The position numbers and the translations under genes were made by a program. A stretch of DNA of 64,000 nucleotides from an uncultured Gemmatimonadales bacterium. Lineage in GTDB: Bacteria > Gemmatimonadota > Gemmatimonadetes > Gemmatimonadales > GWC2-71-9. Of this stretch, positions 1 through 9,292 are shown one piece after another. Under the pieces are notes generated by a model, which was given only the letters and a program-made list of their open reading frames with translations, was not told the origin of the DNA and did not search any database. The stretch is from NCBI GenBank assembly GCA_963795085.1, contig CAWCFX010000001.1, positions 32,001 through 96,000 of the forward strand, in the 5' to 3' direction. The first letter of the stretch is position 1; each line of letters begins with the position of its first letter.

Positions 1-101
1 ATGCCGCGGCCGGCAACCAGGGCGGCGCGCACCGCGGGATCCATGAGACCCCGATGCACCCGCTTGATCCAGATCCCCTGCAGGCGTCCCGGCATGGTCA
101 T
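1..101 (-). CDS. MOSC domain-containing protein (N-terminal part, runs off window)
   Basis: Manual translation MTMPGRLQGIWIKRVHRGLMDPAVRAALVAGRG resembles MOSC protein N-termini; ATGA overlap with the upstream hydrolase stop. Confidence 0.6.
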   Translation of the reverse strand, partial: MTMPGRLQGIWIKRVHRGLMDPAVRAALVAGRG

Positions 102-1108
102 TCGGGGGCGACCTTCCGGGATCCTTCGGGCCATTGTCCCTCGAGGAACCGGCGCAGCGCCTGGGTCACTTCGGTTGGCCGGTCCAGCCAGCTGCGGTGA
201 CCGGCACCCGGAACGAGGAGGAGCCTCCCGTCGGCCGGGAGGCCTGCCCAGAGCCGGCTCCCTTCCAGGGAGACCCGGCTCCGTTCGCCTTCAACCACCA
301 GGACGGGGATCGTCACCCGCCGGAGTGCAGCGGAAAAGTCATACTCCGCGCCGAGCGCTCCCAGGGCGGCCATCCTCGCCAGCCGGCGATGCCGGAGCAC
401 CTGAGGGGGATAGTCGCAGGTGTCGCCACCGGCCGTCCGGGACCCGGGACCGCCTTCCTGGTACATCGGTCTCGAAAGTTCCTGGGATTCCCGGCAGAGA
501 TCGGAGAGCAGCGTGTCTCCGGCCACGGCCCAGAGACTGTCGATGCTGCGTAGCCGGCGCTCCACCTCGGGAGTTCGCTGGGCATCCATCAGCAGCAGTC
601 GCTTGACATACTGCAGGCCGCTGGGCGCCATCGGGCTCAACAGGATCATCCGCTCCACGCCCCGGGGTGTCGCGAGGGCATAGTGCAGCGCGATGGCCGC
701 TCCCCAACCGAATCCGGCCAGGGAAAACCGGCCCAGCCGAAAGTGCCGCCGTACCGCCTCCAGGTCCGCCACGTGCTTCTGCAGCGTGAGCCGCGATGCC
801 TGGCTCGCCAGTTCGGACTGTCCGGCACCCACCTGGTCGTACATGATGATGGTGTAACCGGCGCCGGCGAGGGCTTCCAGGTCGTAACCCTCGCGGAGAC
901 CGGTCGCCGGGCCTCCATGCAGGAAGATCAGCGTGTCCCGCCCCGAGCCCACCGTCCGGTAGAAGATCTGCAACCCGTCCGCCGCCCTGAGGGTGCCTTC
1001 GGTTGCCGAAGCGCCGGGAGTCGGGGAGAGCGTCTGCGCGGATGCGGAGACCGGGGCACCGAAGAGCGCCAGGCCCAGTGAGACGAGAAGGCGGTGTTGT
1101 CGTCGCAT
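98..1108 (-). CDS. Secreted alpha/beta-fold hydrolase, proline iminopeptidase-like, catalytic residues degenerate
   Basis: Signal peptide MRRQHRLLVSLGLALFGAPVSASAQ; HGGP, YDQxGxGxS and C-terminal AGH motifs; nucleophile elbow reads GFGWG. Confidence 0.8.
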   Translation of the reverse strand: MRRQHRLLVSLGLALFGAPVSASAQTLSPTPGASATEGTLRAADGLQIFYRTVGSGRDTLIFLHGGPATGLREGYDLEALAGAGYTIIMYDQVGAGQSELASQASRLTLQKHVADLEAVRRHFRLGRFSLAGFGWGAAIALHYALATPRGVERMILLSPMAPSGLQYVKRLLLMDAQRTPEVERRLRSIDSLWAVAGDTLLSDLCRESQELSRPMYQEGGPGSRTAGGDTCDYPPQVLRHRRLARMAALGALGAEYDFSAALRRVTIPVLVVEGERSRVSLEGSRLWAGLPADGRLLLVPGAGHRSWLDRPTEVTQALRRFLEGQWPEGSRKVAPE

Positions 1109-1155
1109 TGTATGGGGAAAATACAACTGGAACAGCGGTTGTGCGGCCGGAAGGG

Positions 1156-1671
1156 CTAAGCCTTGCCCACGGACCTGACGGAGGAGAGAAAAACGATTAC
1201 GAAGGCGGCGGTGGCGCTGACGACGCCGATGGCGAGCCCAATGGCGCCCCCGATGCCGAGGGCATCTGTCGCCAGCCAGGTCCAGGAAGGGAGACTGCCG
1301 GTCCCCGAGGCCAGGGTGAGTTGGGAAATCAGTTCCCCGGCGGCTCCGCCGAGGATGCTGGACCGATAGACCCACCCCGTGGAGGCATCATAGCTCCGTC
1401 CGGGCCGCAGGGCGCGATAGAGGAGGAGCAGCCCCGAGAGGCCCAGCGCCATGGCGGCGGCACCGGGCCGAACCAGCATCAGGATGGCCAGGGTAGCCGT
1501 GAGCGCCAGCAACACCAATCCAGCCGTAATGACCATGGGCCACCGCATGGCCTGGCGGGCCTCGCGGGAAGCTCTGGCGACTTCGGCTGGAAAGGCAGGG
1601 TAGGCAAGTCGGTGGCGGACCACGACATCCCCATCTACCGACTGCTCGAGCGGGAGACTCATGACACTCAT
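1156..1671 (-). CDS. Hypothetical membrane protein
   Basis: 171-aa ORF with several hydrophobic segments, co-oriented with neighbours. Confidence 0.55.
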   Translation of the reverse strand: MSVMSLPLEQSVDGDVVVRHRLAYPAFPAEVARASREARQAMRWPMVITAGLVLLALTATLAILMLVRPGAAAMALGLSGLLLLYRALRPGRSYDASTGWVYRSSILGGAAGELISQLTLASGTGSLPSWTWLATDALGIGGAIGLAIGVVSATAAFVIVFLSSVRSVGKA

Positions 1672-1853
1672 TCTGGGAAAGCTGGCGTGCTGGAGAGACC
1701 GAACTGACGCTCTCTAAATCGCACCGTTGGGTGAATTCGTCAAGGGGGGAAATTGGAGCGGGGGGGGTGTGACATCGAGTGGTGGAGGCGTACTACGAAA
1801 GTTTATTGGGTGCCGTACCACCACCACAATCCAAAGCCCTACGCGCCTGGAGT

Positions 1854-2123
1854 TCAGCGCCTGCGGGCCTGCTGAATAAACGCCCCGACCAGGGGATGGA
1901 GTGCCCCGGCCAGGGCACGGCGTTCCGGCTGAAAGAGAGTGGCCACAAAGTAGGGGTGGCCCGGAATTTCAATCGCGCGAGCCTCGCCGGCTTCATCGAC
2001 AGCGCCGATCCGTAGGCCGTCCTCCCGCGGAGCGAACACGAGGTCCCGAACAAAGGGGGCAAGAGGGTAAGTGGTCCAGGGGGCAAGGGGCTTGAGGTCT
2101 CGCGCAATTCGCGTGGTCTTCAT
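1854..2123 (-). pseudogene. Internally deleted CTP-synthase-like glutamine amidotransferase remnant
   Basis: MKTTRIA start with ATGA overlap, then the C-terminal motif GLRIGAVDEAGEARAIEIPGHPYFVATLFQPE; only 89 aa and no catalytic Cys region. Confidence 0.6.
2056..2087. repeat. Degenerate 8-mer tandem repeat (GGGGCAAG-like x4)
   Basis: ggggcaag agggtaag tggtccag ggggcaag. Confidence 0.55.
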
Positions 2124-2488
2124 CCGGGCACCCGGGCCCGCCGCACGATCCACAGGACTCCGAGCCCCGCCACGCCCGACAGGATCATGACGGCGATGCC
2201 CTCTCCGATGGTGGCGCCGCCCCAGGCGATGGGTGCCAGGCCGCCCGAGACGGCCATCGCGGCAAACCATGCCGTCATGACCGGCCGCAGGCCGCGCCAC
2301 CCGAACAGGAGCGACAGGAGACCCAGCAGGGCGAGCACGCCGTAGAGCAACTGGGTGATTCCGGAGAGCTGCTGCAGGGAGGTTTCGGCGTTCACCCAGT
2401 CCTGGACGCCGTTCCAGGCTCCCAGGAGGCCGATGCCGGTCAGCAGGAGAAGAGAGAGAGCGAGCCAGAGATCAACACGTCGTCGCAT
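2120..2488 (-). CDS. Hypothetical 4-TM membrane protein
   Basis: 122 aa, four hydrophobic helices, operon-like spacing. Confidence 0.7.
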   Translation of the reverse strand: MRRRVDLWLALSLLLLTGIGLLGAWNGVQDWVNAETSLQQLSGITQLLYGVLALLGLLSLLFGWRGLRPVMTAWFAAMAVSGGLAPIAWGGATIGEGIAVMILSGVAGLGVLWIVRRARVPG

Positions 2489-2500
2489 GCGGCGTCCGGG

Positions 2501-3049
2501 TCAGGGGCCGGCTTTCGTCCAAACGATCTGGCCGGCGATGGCGTCGAACACTTCACGCAGGGTCCACAGTTCGACCGGTCCGACATAGCCGTAGTCGTAC
2601 ACCATTCGGGTGCCGGCATCCCGCCGGAACGCCCCCAGTACCGCGCCCGGAAGGTCGGTGTAGGTCGCCTTGAAGGAATCGGGCATGGCCATGAACTCGA
2701 ATCGGTCAAGCAGCCAGGCAAGCCGCCCATAATCCTGGATCGTGATCCGGCCGTGATATTCTCCCTCCCGCTCCACGAACCGGATTCCCCGGTAACGCGC
2801 CGTGCCGCCGCGGTGGAACACCGCCTCGTAGCTCGGGCAGGTGCCGAAGCAGGGGTCCCGCCGGAGGTAGATCGAGTCGTACGGCAGGCGGGCCCAGAGC
2901 GAATCTTCGCTCTCGACGCCCACGCCCGGCTGCCGGAGGAAATCATACGGGTCGGGGGCAGCCGCCCTGCAGCCCAGTGCGGCGACGAGGAACAGGACCG
3001 GGGCCAGGGATGCCGGGCGGGGATTGGAGACGGGACAGGCCTTGCGCAT
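2501..3049 (-). CDS. DUF6438-like lipoprotein
   Basis: Lipobox ALGC; motif SIYLRRDPCFGTCPSYEAVFHRGGTARYRG and TDLP. Confidence 0.75.
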   Translation of the reverse strand: MRKACPVSNPRPASLAPVLFLVAALGCRAAAPDPYDFLRQPGVGVESEDSLWARLPYDSIYLRRDPCFGTCPSYEAVFHRGGTARYRGIRFVEREGEYHGRITIQDYGRLAWLLDRFEFMAMPDSFKATYTDLPGAVLGAFRRDAGTRMVYDYGYVGPVELWTLREVFDAIAGQIVWTKAGP

Positions 3050-3052
3050 CAG

Positions 3053-3634
3053 TCAGTTGGCATGACAGGAGACATCGATCGCTCCCACTCGCCCCTGGCG
3101 AAGTTCGAACCGGAGGGCGCAGGAATCGTCGGTCGTGAAGGGATAGGCCAGGATACCGGCGCCCTCAGCCTTGCCTTTCCCATAGACCTGCTCCACCTCC
3201 GACGTCGAGGCCCCGACCCGGACCGCATCTCCCGTAATGCAGGACGCGGCGGTGCAATGGAGTCCGACGACTCGATGTTCCACCAGCCGGACACTGAGTC
3301 CCGGATACTCAGCGACGATCGCACTGTCTCCCAGCGCTTCGTCCCAGGTTGTCCGGGAGCTGCGGGGCGCGCCGAGCAGGCGGTTCAATTCATCGCCCGA
3401 GGAGCCCCAGAGTACTCCATTCACCACGGCGCGCTCTACGGTAATGCGCGACCCGGTGAGGCCGGAGGAATCCGCCGGCAGCGGCAAGGTATCGCCGGCG
3501 GGGCGGGCCGTGGTGTCCCCGGCCGGGACCAGGCCCCGGGCATCGGGCAGGGAATCGGCACCCGCGCGCGAATTGTCCCTGGAGCACGCCGTGATGGCGA
3601 GGAGAGCAAGGGCGAAGGTCCGAATGGTGGTCAT
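3053..3634 (-). CDS. Hypothetical lipoprotein
   Basis: MTTIRTFALALLAITAC lipoprotein signal; four mature-domain Cys. Confidence 0.7.
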   Translation of the reverse strand: MTTIRTFALALLAITACSRDNSRAGADSLPDARGLVPAGDTTARPAGDTLPLPADSSGLTGSRITVERAVVNGVLWGSSGDELNRLLGAPRSSRTTWDEALGDSAIVAEYPGLSVRLVEHRVVGLHCTAASCITGDAVRVGASTSEVEQVYGKGKAEGAGILAYPFTTDDSCALRFELRQGRVGAIDVSCHAN

Positions 3635-3716
3635 GGATTCGCTCCAGTTGGGGGTCGTTGGCGCTATTGGCGGTGCCAAGGTAACAGCCGGTCGCGGCCG
3701 TCCCGTGCGACCTGGC

Positions 3717-4475
3717 TCACGCTTCGGGTTTCCTTCCGGCCAGCACGCCCAGCGGCCACCGTACGACCTGGGGAGTGGCTGGGTCGCCCCATACTCTTCC
3801 CAGCGCGCCGGACAGTGCCGGGACCGGGTCGGTTCCGGTCTCCGCCCGGCAGCGCTTCACCGCGGACCAGGTGGCCACGTATCCGAGGAGCTGCGGGAGG
3901 GTCCAGGTGACAGCCATGTCAAAGGGGGGCGGCTCCACCCGGTCGAAGGGAAGAGTTATGGAGCGATAGCCGTCCTCCACCAGCCGGCGGTTATCCGGCC
4001 ACCACCTGGTGATCTCGCCGTAGTAGAAATCGCGAAGGACCTGGTTGACGTCCGGCTGGTCCACCTGGAAGGCACCGTAGGTCCAGATCGCCAGGACACC
4101 ACCGGGCCGCAGTACCCGGTTCACGGCCTTGAAGAAAGAATCCAGGTCCATCCAGTGGAGCGCCTGCGCAACGGTCACCGCATCTGCGGTGGCATCCGCA
4201 AGCGTTGGAGCGCCCGCTTCTTCGACCCGGTATTCCACGCCGGGGTGCGGAATCGCCCGGCCGATCTGGCCGGCACTCGCGTCGGTCGCGATGACCCGGT
4301 CAAAATACCCGGCGAGAGCCACGGCCGCCTGGCCGTTGCCGGTCGCCGCGTCCCACGCCAGCCGGCGGCCCGGGGCGATGGCGGCGACCCAGCGAAAGAG
4401 TTCGTCGGGGTACCGGGGCCGGTACTTCGCATAGGACTCGGCGTCCTGGCCAAAGTGATCGGGGGCCCGGTACAC
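3717..4475 (-). CDS. Class I SAM-dependent methyltransferase
   Basis: YAKYRPRYP, WDAATGNGQ (motif I), VAQALHW, LRPGG. Confidence 0.9.
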   Translation of the reverse strand: MYRAPDHFGQDAESYAKYRPRYPDELFRWVAAIAPGRRLAWDAATGNGQAAVALAGYFDRVIATDASAGQIGRAIPHPGVEYRVEEAGAPTLADATADAVTVAQALHWMDLDSFFKAVNRVLRPGGVLAIWTYGAFQVDQPDVNQVLRDFYYGEITRWWPDNRRLVEDGYRSITLPFDRVEPPPFDMAVTWTLPQLLGYVATWSAVKRCRAETGTDPVPALSGALGRVWGDPATPQVVRWPLGVLAGRKPEA

Positions 4476-4481
4476 TTGCGC

Positions 4482-4949
4482 TCAGTAGGACCGGTTCTCG
4501 AACCCGACCAGGATCTGGCTGACAGTGCCGGTGATGCCGATGAGACGGAACTCCGCAAAGGGTGTGATGCCCCGGAGGGGAATTCGGAAGCCGCCCTGCG
4601 CCATCCAGCCAAAGTCCGTCTGGGTGAAGGGCCCGACTTCGCGATAGCTCATGCCGGCGCCGCCGCCGAGGTAGGGCTGCACCCTCCATGGCGCGGGCGA
4701 CCATTGGGCCCCCAGCAGCGCGAAGACGGTGGTGCCCGGCTCTTCGATGACCGTGGTGACCGCGAGCTGGGTCCGGGTTCCCGGCGCGATACTCACCCCC
4801 AGGTGGGCGCCGAGCAGTTTCTGGGTCTGGTCATCGGAGACATCGGCACCGCCGTGGAGGCCCAGGGTCCAGCGCCCCGCGGCGTGCTGCGCCTGGCTGG
4901 AAGAGATGGCGAGGAGGGAAAGGAGCACGAGCAGGAAGCAGGAGCGCAT
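4482..4949 (-). CDS. Small outer-membrane beta-barrel protein
   Basis: Signal peptide; QPYLGGGAG and alternating beta-strand pattern. Confidence 0.7.
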   Translation of the reverse strand: MRSCFLLVLLSLLAISSSQAQHAAGRWTLGLHGGADVSDDQTQKLLGAHLGVSIAPGTRTQLAVTTVIEEPGTTVFALLGAQWSPAPWRVQPYLGGGAGMSYREVGPFTQTDFGWMAQGGFRIPLRGITPFAEFRLIGITGTVSQILVGFENRSY

Positions 4950-4958
4950 TTGATAACC

Positions 4959-6095
4959 TCAGCGGGGCGGGGCTTCAAGGAACAGGGCTGCCAGCCGGGG
5001 AGCATCTCTGGTAAAGGTACGGTCGCTGTTGACCAGCATGGCGATGACCAGTCGCTCTTCGGGATAGATCTGGAGGGAGGCCGTGCCGCCCATGGCGCCG
5101 CCGGTGTGGCCGACCCGGCGCCGGCCGCCCGGTTCGGTGACGATGGACCAGCCCAGTCCGTAGCCGGTTGGTTTCCCGTCGCGGGTCTGCTGCGAGGTCC
5201 AGAGCAGCGCCACCGTTTCCGGGCGGAGGAGGCGATGGGTCAGGATCGCATCGCCAAAGCGGGCCAGGTCCTCGCTGGTGGACAGGAACCCGCCGCCCGC
5301 CCACTTGTAGCTGTTGTCAACATAGGGGGCGTTCAGCATGCGCCCGGGCGGCTCGACCCAGGCGTAGAAGTCGGCCCGGTGGGGAATGATGCTGTCGGCG
5401 AATTCCGGGTAAGTTTGCGCCAGGCCGGCCAGCTGGAAGACCGAATCGCGCATGTACGTGAGGAACGGCATGCCCGAGGCGCCTTCGACCACGGCGGAAA
5501 GCAGGTTCCAGCCGTAGGAGGAATACTGGTAGCGGGTCCCCGGCTCGAAGAGCAGGGAGTCGCCGCTGAACATGGCCAGCCCTTCATTCACCGTCTGGTA
5601 ATGTCGCTGGTTCGCGAATTCGCCCTGGCGATAATGCCGGATGCCCGCGAGGTGGCCGGCCAGCTGTCGCACCGTGACCGGGTAGCGTTTGACTGGAAAC
5701 GAGGGAACGTAGCGCTGGACCTCACGGTCGAGATCGAGGCGGCCCTGCTCCACCAGCCGGCCCAGGGCGGCGGCGGTGAGTGGCTTGGAGACGCTGCCGA
5801 TGCGGAACACGGTGTGCGGCGCCGCCGGCACCGCCTGCTCGATGTCGGCGAGTCCGAATCCCTCGCTCCAGACCAGCTCGCCGTTGATCATGACCGCCAC
5901 CGTGGCGCCGGGCGAACCCAGCTCGGCCATTCGGCCGGCGACCAGGCGGCGGGCCTGTTCGATCGCTGCCTGCCGGGCGACCGGTGCCTGGGCCACCTGT
6001 GCGGCCAGAGGCGCGGACCCGAGCGCCAGGGCAAGGGCGAGAAAGGCGGTTGTGGCAGGGACGCGGCGGGTGTTTCTTCGGGGCCTGAGCTTCAC
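4959..6095 (-). CDS. Serine hydrolase, beta-lactamase (class C/LACTB-like) family
   Basis: FRIGSVSK (SxxK), YQYSS, GHTGG; GTG start overlapping cupin stop with GGAGG RBS. Confidence 0.9.
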   Translation of the reverse strand: MKLRPRRNTRRVPATTAFLALALALGSAPLAAQVAQAPVARQAAIEQARRLVAGRMAELGSPGATVAVMINGELVWSEGFGLADIEQAVPAAPHTVFRIGSVSKPLTAAALGRLVEQGRLDLDREVQRYVPSFPVKRYPVTVRQLAGHLAGIRHYRQGEFANQRHYQTVNEGLAMFSGDSLLFEPGTRYQYSSYGWNLLSAVVEGASGMPFLTYMRDSVFQLAGLAQTYPEFADSIIPHRADFYAWVEPPGRMLNAPYVDNSYKWAGGGFLSTSEDLARFGDAILTHRLLRPETVALLWTSQQTRDGKPTGYGLGWSIVTEPGGRRRVGHTGGAMGGTASLQIYPEERLVIAMLVNSDRTFTRDAPRLAALFLEAPPR

Positions 6096-6508
6096 CTGTG
6101 GTCCTCCCGGTCGTAGGGGATGATGTTCTGCCACTCGCTGGCGTCGGAGCGGGCGACCACGGCAATAACCGGGTCGGACTGGCTCAGGTTAAAGACCTCG
6201 TGCGGGACGCCGGGCTCGATGAAGATGAAATCGCCTGCGGCATTCTCAACCACCTCGACCAGCCCGGGTCCGTACTCGTGGCGGACCCGGCCTTCCAGGA
6301 TGTAGAGCATCACCTCGAACCCCACGTGGATGTGGGCGTAGGCGACCCCGCCAGGCGGGATGGTCGCCACGTTCATGGAAAGCTGCCGGGCCGGGACGTT
6401 CTTCTCCGAGAGCCCGGCCTTATAATGGATACCGTTCCAGTCCCGGCAGTTGCCGCCCGCCCGGATGACGAAAATACCGGCGTGACCCTCCGCCTTGGGC
6501 AGATCCAT
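6092..6508 (-). CDS. Cupin domain protein
   Basis: AHIHVGFE...GDFIFIEPGVPH cupin metal motifs. Confidence 0.85.
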   Translation of the reverse strand: MDLPKAEGHAGIFVIRAGGNCRDWNGIHYKAGLSEKNVPARQLSMNVATIPPGGVAYAHIHVGFEVMLYILEGRVRHEYGPGLVEVVENAAGDFIFIEPGVPHEVFNLSQSDPVIAVVARSDASEWQNIIPYDREDHR

Positions 6509-6531
6509 GTTGCAAACCAATCAGGTAACGG

Positions 6532-6915
6532 GTGACAGGTAACCGGGTTTCTGCGCTACGGCTTCTGGGACGGGCCCTGCTGCTGCGCTGTCCCCACTGC
6601 GGGGCGCGGGGAACCTGGCATTCCTACTACCGCCAGAAAGACCGCTGCCCGGGCTGCGGCCTGGTCTTCAACCGGGGAGAGCAGGGCTATATCGTCGGCG
6701 CCTACATGTTCAACATCGTGGCGGCGGAACTCGTCTTCGCTGCGCTCCTGGTCGGCGTGCTGCTGCGTACCTGGCCGCGCCCGCCCTGGACCTGGCTGAC
6801 CTGGGGCGGAGCAGCCCTCATGGTGCTGCTCCCGCTGATATTCTATCCGTTCTCCCGTACCCTGTTTCTGGCGTTTGACCTGATCTTCCGTTCCCACCGG
6901 GACGAGGCGTCCTGA
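6532..6915 (+). CDS. DUF983-like membrane protein
   Basis: RCPHCG...CPGCG zinc-ribbon followed by two TM helices. Confidence 0.8.
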   Translation: MTGNRVSALRLLGRALLLRCPHCGARGTWHSYYRQKDRCPGCGLVFNRGEQGYIVGAYMFNIVAAELVFAALLVGVLLRTWPRPPWTWLTWGGAALMVLLPLIFYPFSRTLFLAFDLIFRSHRDEAS

Positions 6916-6942
6916 CCACTTGCCCCGCCTGCTTCTCACGTC

Positions 6943-7368
6943 TCACTTCGCGAACACCTGGCTCATGTCCCGGAAGCTCTTGAACTCGAGTGCGTTGCCC
7001 GCCGGGTCGAGAAAGAACATGGTGGCCTGCTCTCCCACCTGGCCCTGGAAGCGGATGCCCGGCTCAATGATGAACCGGGTGTCACGGGCGCGGAGCCGGT
7101 CCGCCAGCGCGTGCCACGCGGACCACTCCAGGATGACCCCGAAGTGACGGACCGGTACGTCGTGCCCGTCCACCGGGTTCGCAGCGGCGGCGCCGGTCTC
7201 TTCCGGGGCCAGGTGGGCGACCACCTGGTGCCCATAGAAATCAAAGTCGATCCACCGGTCGGAACTGCGGCCTTCCGCGCAACCCAGCACACCACCGTAG
7301 AAGGCGCGTGCCTGCTCGAGGTCGTCCACGGGAAATGCCAGGTGGAAAAGCGGAGTGGTCCGGGTCAT
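6943..7368 (-). CDS. VOC/glyoxalase family protein
   Basis: [10 protein letters not shown]...HFGVIL...[12 protein letters not shown]. Confidence 0.9.
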   Translation of the reverse strand: MTRTTPLFHLAFPVDDLEQARAFYGGVLGCAEGRSSDRWIDFDFYGHQVVAHLAPEETGAAAANPVDGHDVPVRHFGVILEWSAWHALADRLRARDTRFIIEPGIRFQGQVGEQATMFFLDPAGNALEFKSFRDMSQVFAK

Positions 7369-7847
7369 GGGCTGGTTCGACTTCCCGTAACGTTGAAAGT
7401 GCAGGCAATACTGGACAGGATGGGCTGGTACCCCGCATAAGGATCGAAGGCCCGGCCGCTAAAGGCGAGATTGTCATCGAGGCTGCCCCGAATCTCCATG
7501 CCGTAGCCGAGCGAATCCTGCCGGACCAGGTGGAGAAGGACGGAGCGGTTCTGCACGTTGATCGTCCCATAGACGGTGCCCGACATGCCGCCGGCCGAAG
7601 TCCAGAGATCGGTAAAAGTGAGTGAACCCGCAGGCAACACGTCGTCCTCGGACCCGGATACCCCTACGGTAAAGTCGCGGTCTGCGATGCTGTCCGCGCA
7701 GGGCAGGCTGTCGCCCAGCGCGAGCGTCCAGGTCCCGGCGAGGCTGCTGACCGCAATACCGCCGCCGCCGCTGGTCGCGGCATCCTGACCGCACCCCAAC
7801 GTCGCCAGGAGTACGGCCGGCATCAGAAGCCGGTGCAGCCCACGCAT
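7365..7847 (-). CDS. Hypothetical lipoprotein
   Basis: [19 protein letters not shown] lipobox, GGAGG RBS, ATGA overlap with VOC gene. Confidence 0.7.
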   Translation of the reverse strand: MRGLHRLLMPAVLLATLGCGQDAATSGGGGIAVSSLAGTWTLALGDSLPCADSIADRDFTVGVSGSEDDVLPAGSLTFTDLWTSAGGMSGTVYGTINVQNRSVLLHLVRQDSLGYGMEIRGSLDDNLAFSGRAFDPYAGYQPILSSIACTFNVTGSRTSP

Positions 7848-7860
7848 TGGGTTCCTCCGG

Positions 7861-9240
7861 TTATCGCCCTGAACGACCGCGGCCACCGCTCCCGCTCCCC
7901 CGGCCACCCTGGCCGCCCCGACCGCCACGGCCGCCACCGCCGCTTCCACCGGTCCGGTTCCCACCGGGACGGTTTCCGCCCGGTGTCCCCTGCCTGGCGG
8001 CGGCGGTCGCCCGCCGCTCGGCGTTGATCTTCGCCCGGGCCCGGTCCTCCGCCTTCCTGGCCTTGATCGCGGCGATCCGTTCCGCCAGGGGGACCTCGAA
8101 CGTGGCGTCGGGCGCCGCCTTGTAATTGAAGTCCGGCAGCAGCACCTGGGGAAGCCGCTTGCCCACCACCCGCTCGATGCGCCGGAGATCGCCTTCCTCC
8201 GCTGGCGCCATGAAGGTGAAGGCATCCCCCGTCAGCTCGGCCCGCGCCGTCCGGCCCACCCGGTGGATATAGTCCTCGGGGACCGCCGGCACATCGAAGT
8301 TCACCACGTGGCCCAGGGCCTCGATGTCGATGCCGCGGGCCGCGATGTCGGTGGCCACCAGCACCCGGTACTTGCCGCTCTTGAACCCGGCGAGCGCCTC
8401 GGTCCGCTGCGGCTGCGACCGGTTGCCATGAATCCGCTCGGCCTTGATGCCGTGTTTCACCAGGAACTTGGTCAGCCGGTCGGCGCGATGCTTGGTCCGG
8501 GTGAAGACCAGCGCCTCTTCCATGTCGCCCCGCTTGAGCAGGGCCAGGAACAGTTCCGACTTGAGTTCCTGGGGGACCGGGTACACCGCCTGGGTAATGC
8601 CAACCGCGGGCGCCGCCTGGCGCTGCTGGTTGATAGTGACCGGGTTCTTGAGCATTTCCCGGGTGAGGGTCCGGATCTCCGGCGGCATGGTGGCGCTGAA
8701 GAACAGGGTCTGCCGTCGAGCCGGGAGGTGGCGCAGCACCCGGCGGATGTCGGGCAGGAACCCCATGTCCAGCATCCGGTCCGCTTCGTCAAAGACCAGG
8801 AACTCCAGGCCGGCCAGCTTCGCGTAGGGCGCCTTGAAATGATCGAGCAGGCGGCCCGGCGTCGCGATCAACACGTCCACCCCGGTGCGGAAAGCATGTT
8901 CCTGCGGTCCCATCCCGACACCGCCATACACCGCGGCGGCGCTCACCGGGGTGTGCACCGCCAGGTCGTTGAGGTCGGCGAGGATCTGGGCGGCGAGTTC
9001 CCGGGTCGGCGTCAGCACCAGCGCCCGGGTAATTCCCCGCGGCTTGTCGATCAATTGGTGGAGAATCGGCAGCAGAAACGCCGCCGTCTTCCCGCTGCCG
9101 GTCATGGCGCAGGCGAGCACGTCCCGGCCCTCCAGCGCGGGGGGAATCGCGTCGTTCTGGATCGGGGTCGGCTTGGGAAACCCCAGTTCCTTCAGGCCGC
9201 GAAGCAGGCTGGGGTGGAGCTTAAGAGAACTGAACGGCAC
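7861..9240 (-). CDS. rhlE: DEAD-box ATP-dependent RNA helicase (RhlE-like)
   Basis: Q motif, TGSGKT, PTRELA, DEAD, SAT, ARGID, HRVGRTAR; Gly/Arg-rich tail; GTG start 9240 with GAGG RBS (ATG 9249 alternative). Confidence 0.95.
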   Translation of the reverse strand: MPFSSLKLHPSLLRGLKELGFPKPTPIQNDAIPPALEGRDVLACAMTGSGKTAAFLLPILHQLIDKPRGITRALVLTPTRELAAQILADLNDLAVHTPVSAAAVYGGVGMGPQEHAFRTGVDVLIATPGRLLDHFKAPYAKLAGLEFLVFDEADRMLDMGFLPDIRRVLRHLPARRQTLFFSATMPPEIRTLTREMLKNPVTINQQRQAAPAVGITQAVYPVPQELKSELFLALLKRGDMEEALVFTRTKHRADRLTKFLVKHGIKAERIHGNRSQPQRTEALAGFKSGKYRVLVATDIAARGIDIEALGHVVNFDVPAVPEDYIHRVGRTARAELTGDAFTFMAPAEEGDLRRIERVVGKRLPQVLLPDFNYKAAPDATFEVPLAERIAAIKARKAEDRARAKINAERRATAAARQGTPGGNRPGGNRTGGSGGGGRGGRGGQGGRGSGSGGRGRSGR

Positions 9241-9292
9241 TGGGAACATCCTCTCAGGTAAAGAACAGGTCCAGGCAGCGCGCCCACTGCAT

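Noticed and set aside
1779..1826. gtggtgg/ccaccac stem as an ncRNA
   Set aside because: Short stem only, with no supporting promoter or motif; at most a weak terminator
3237..6116. 959-aa + strand ORF and similar long antisense ORFs (15827-18466, 23593-25914, 35876-38239, 48007-50031)
   Set aside because: Shadow ORFs opposite well-supported genes, expected in high-GC DNA
9251..9270. Glycine riboswitch-like CTCTCAGGTAAAG
   Set aside because: It is on the strand opposite the helicase and the rest of the aptamer is missing; its reverse complement is the helicase RBS
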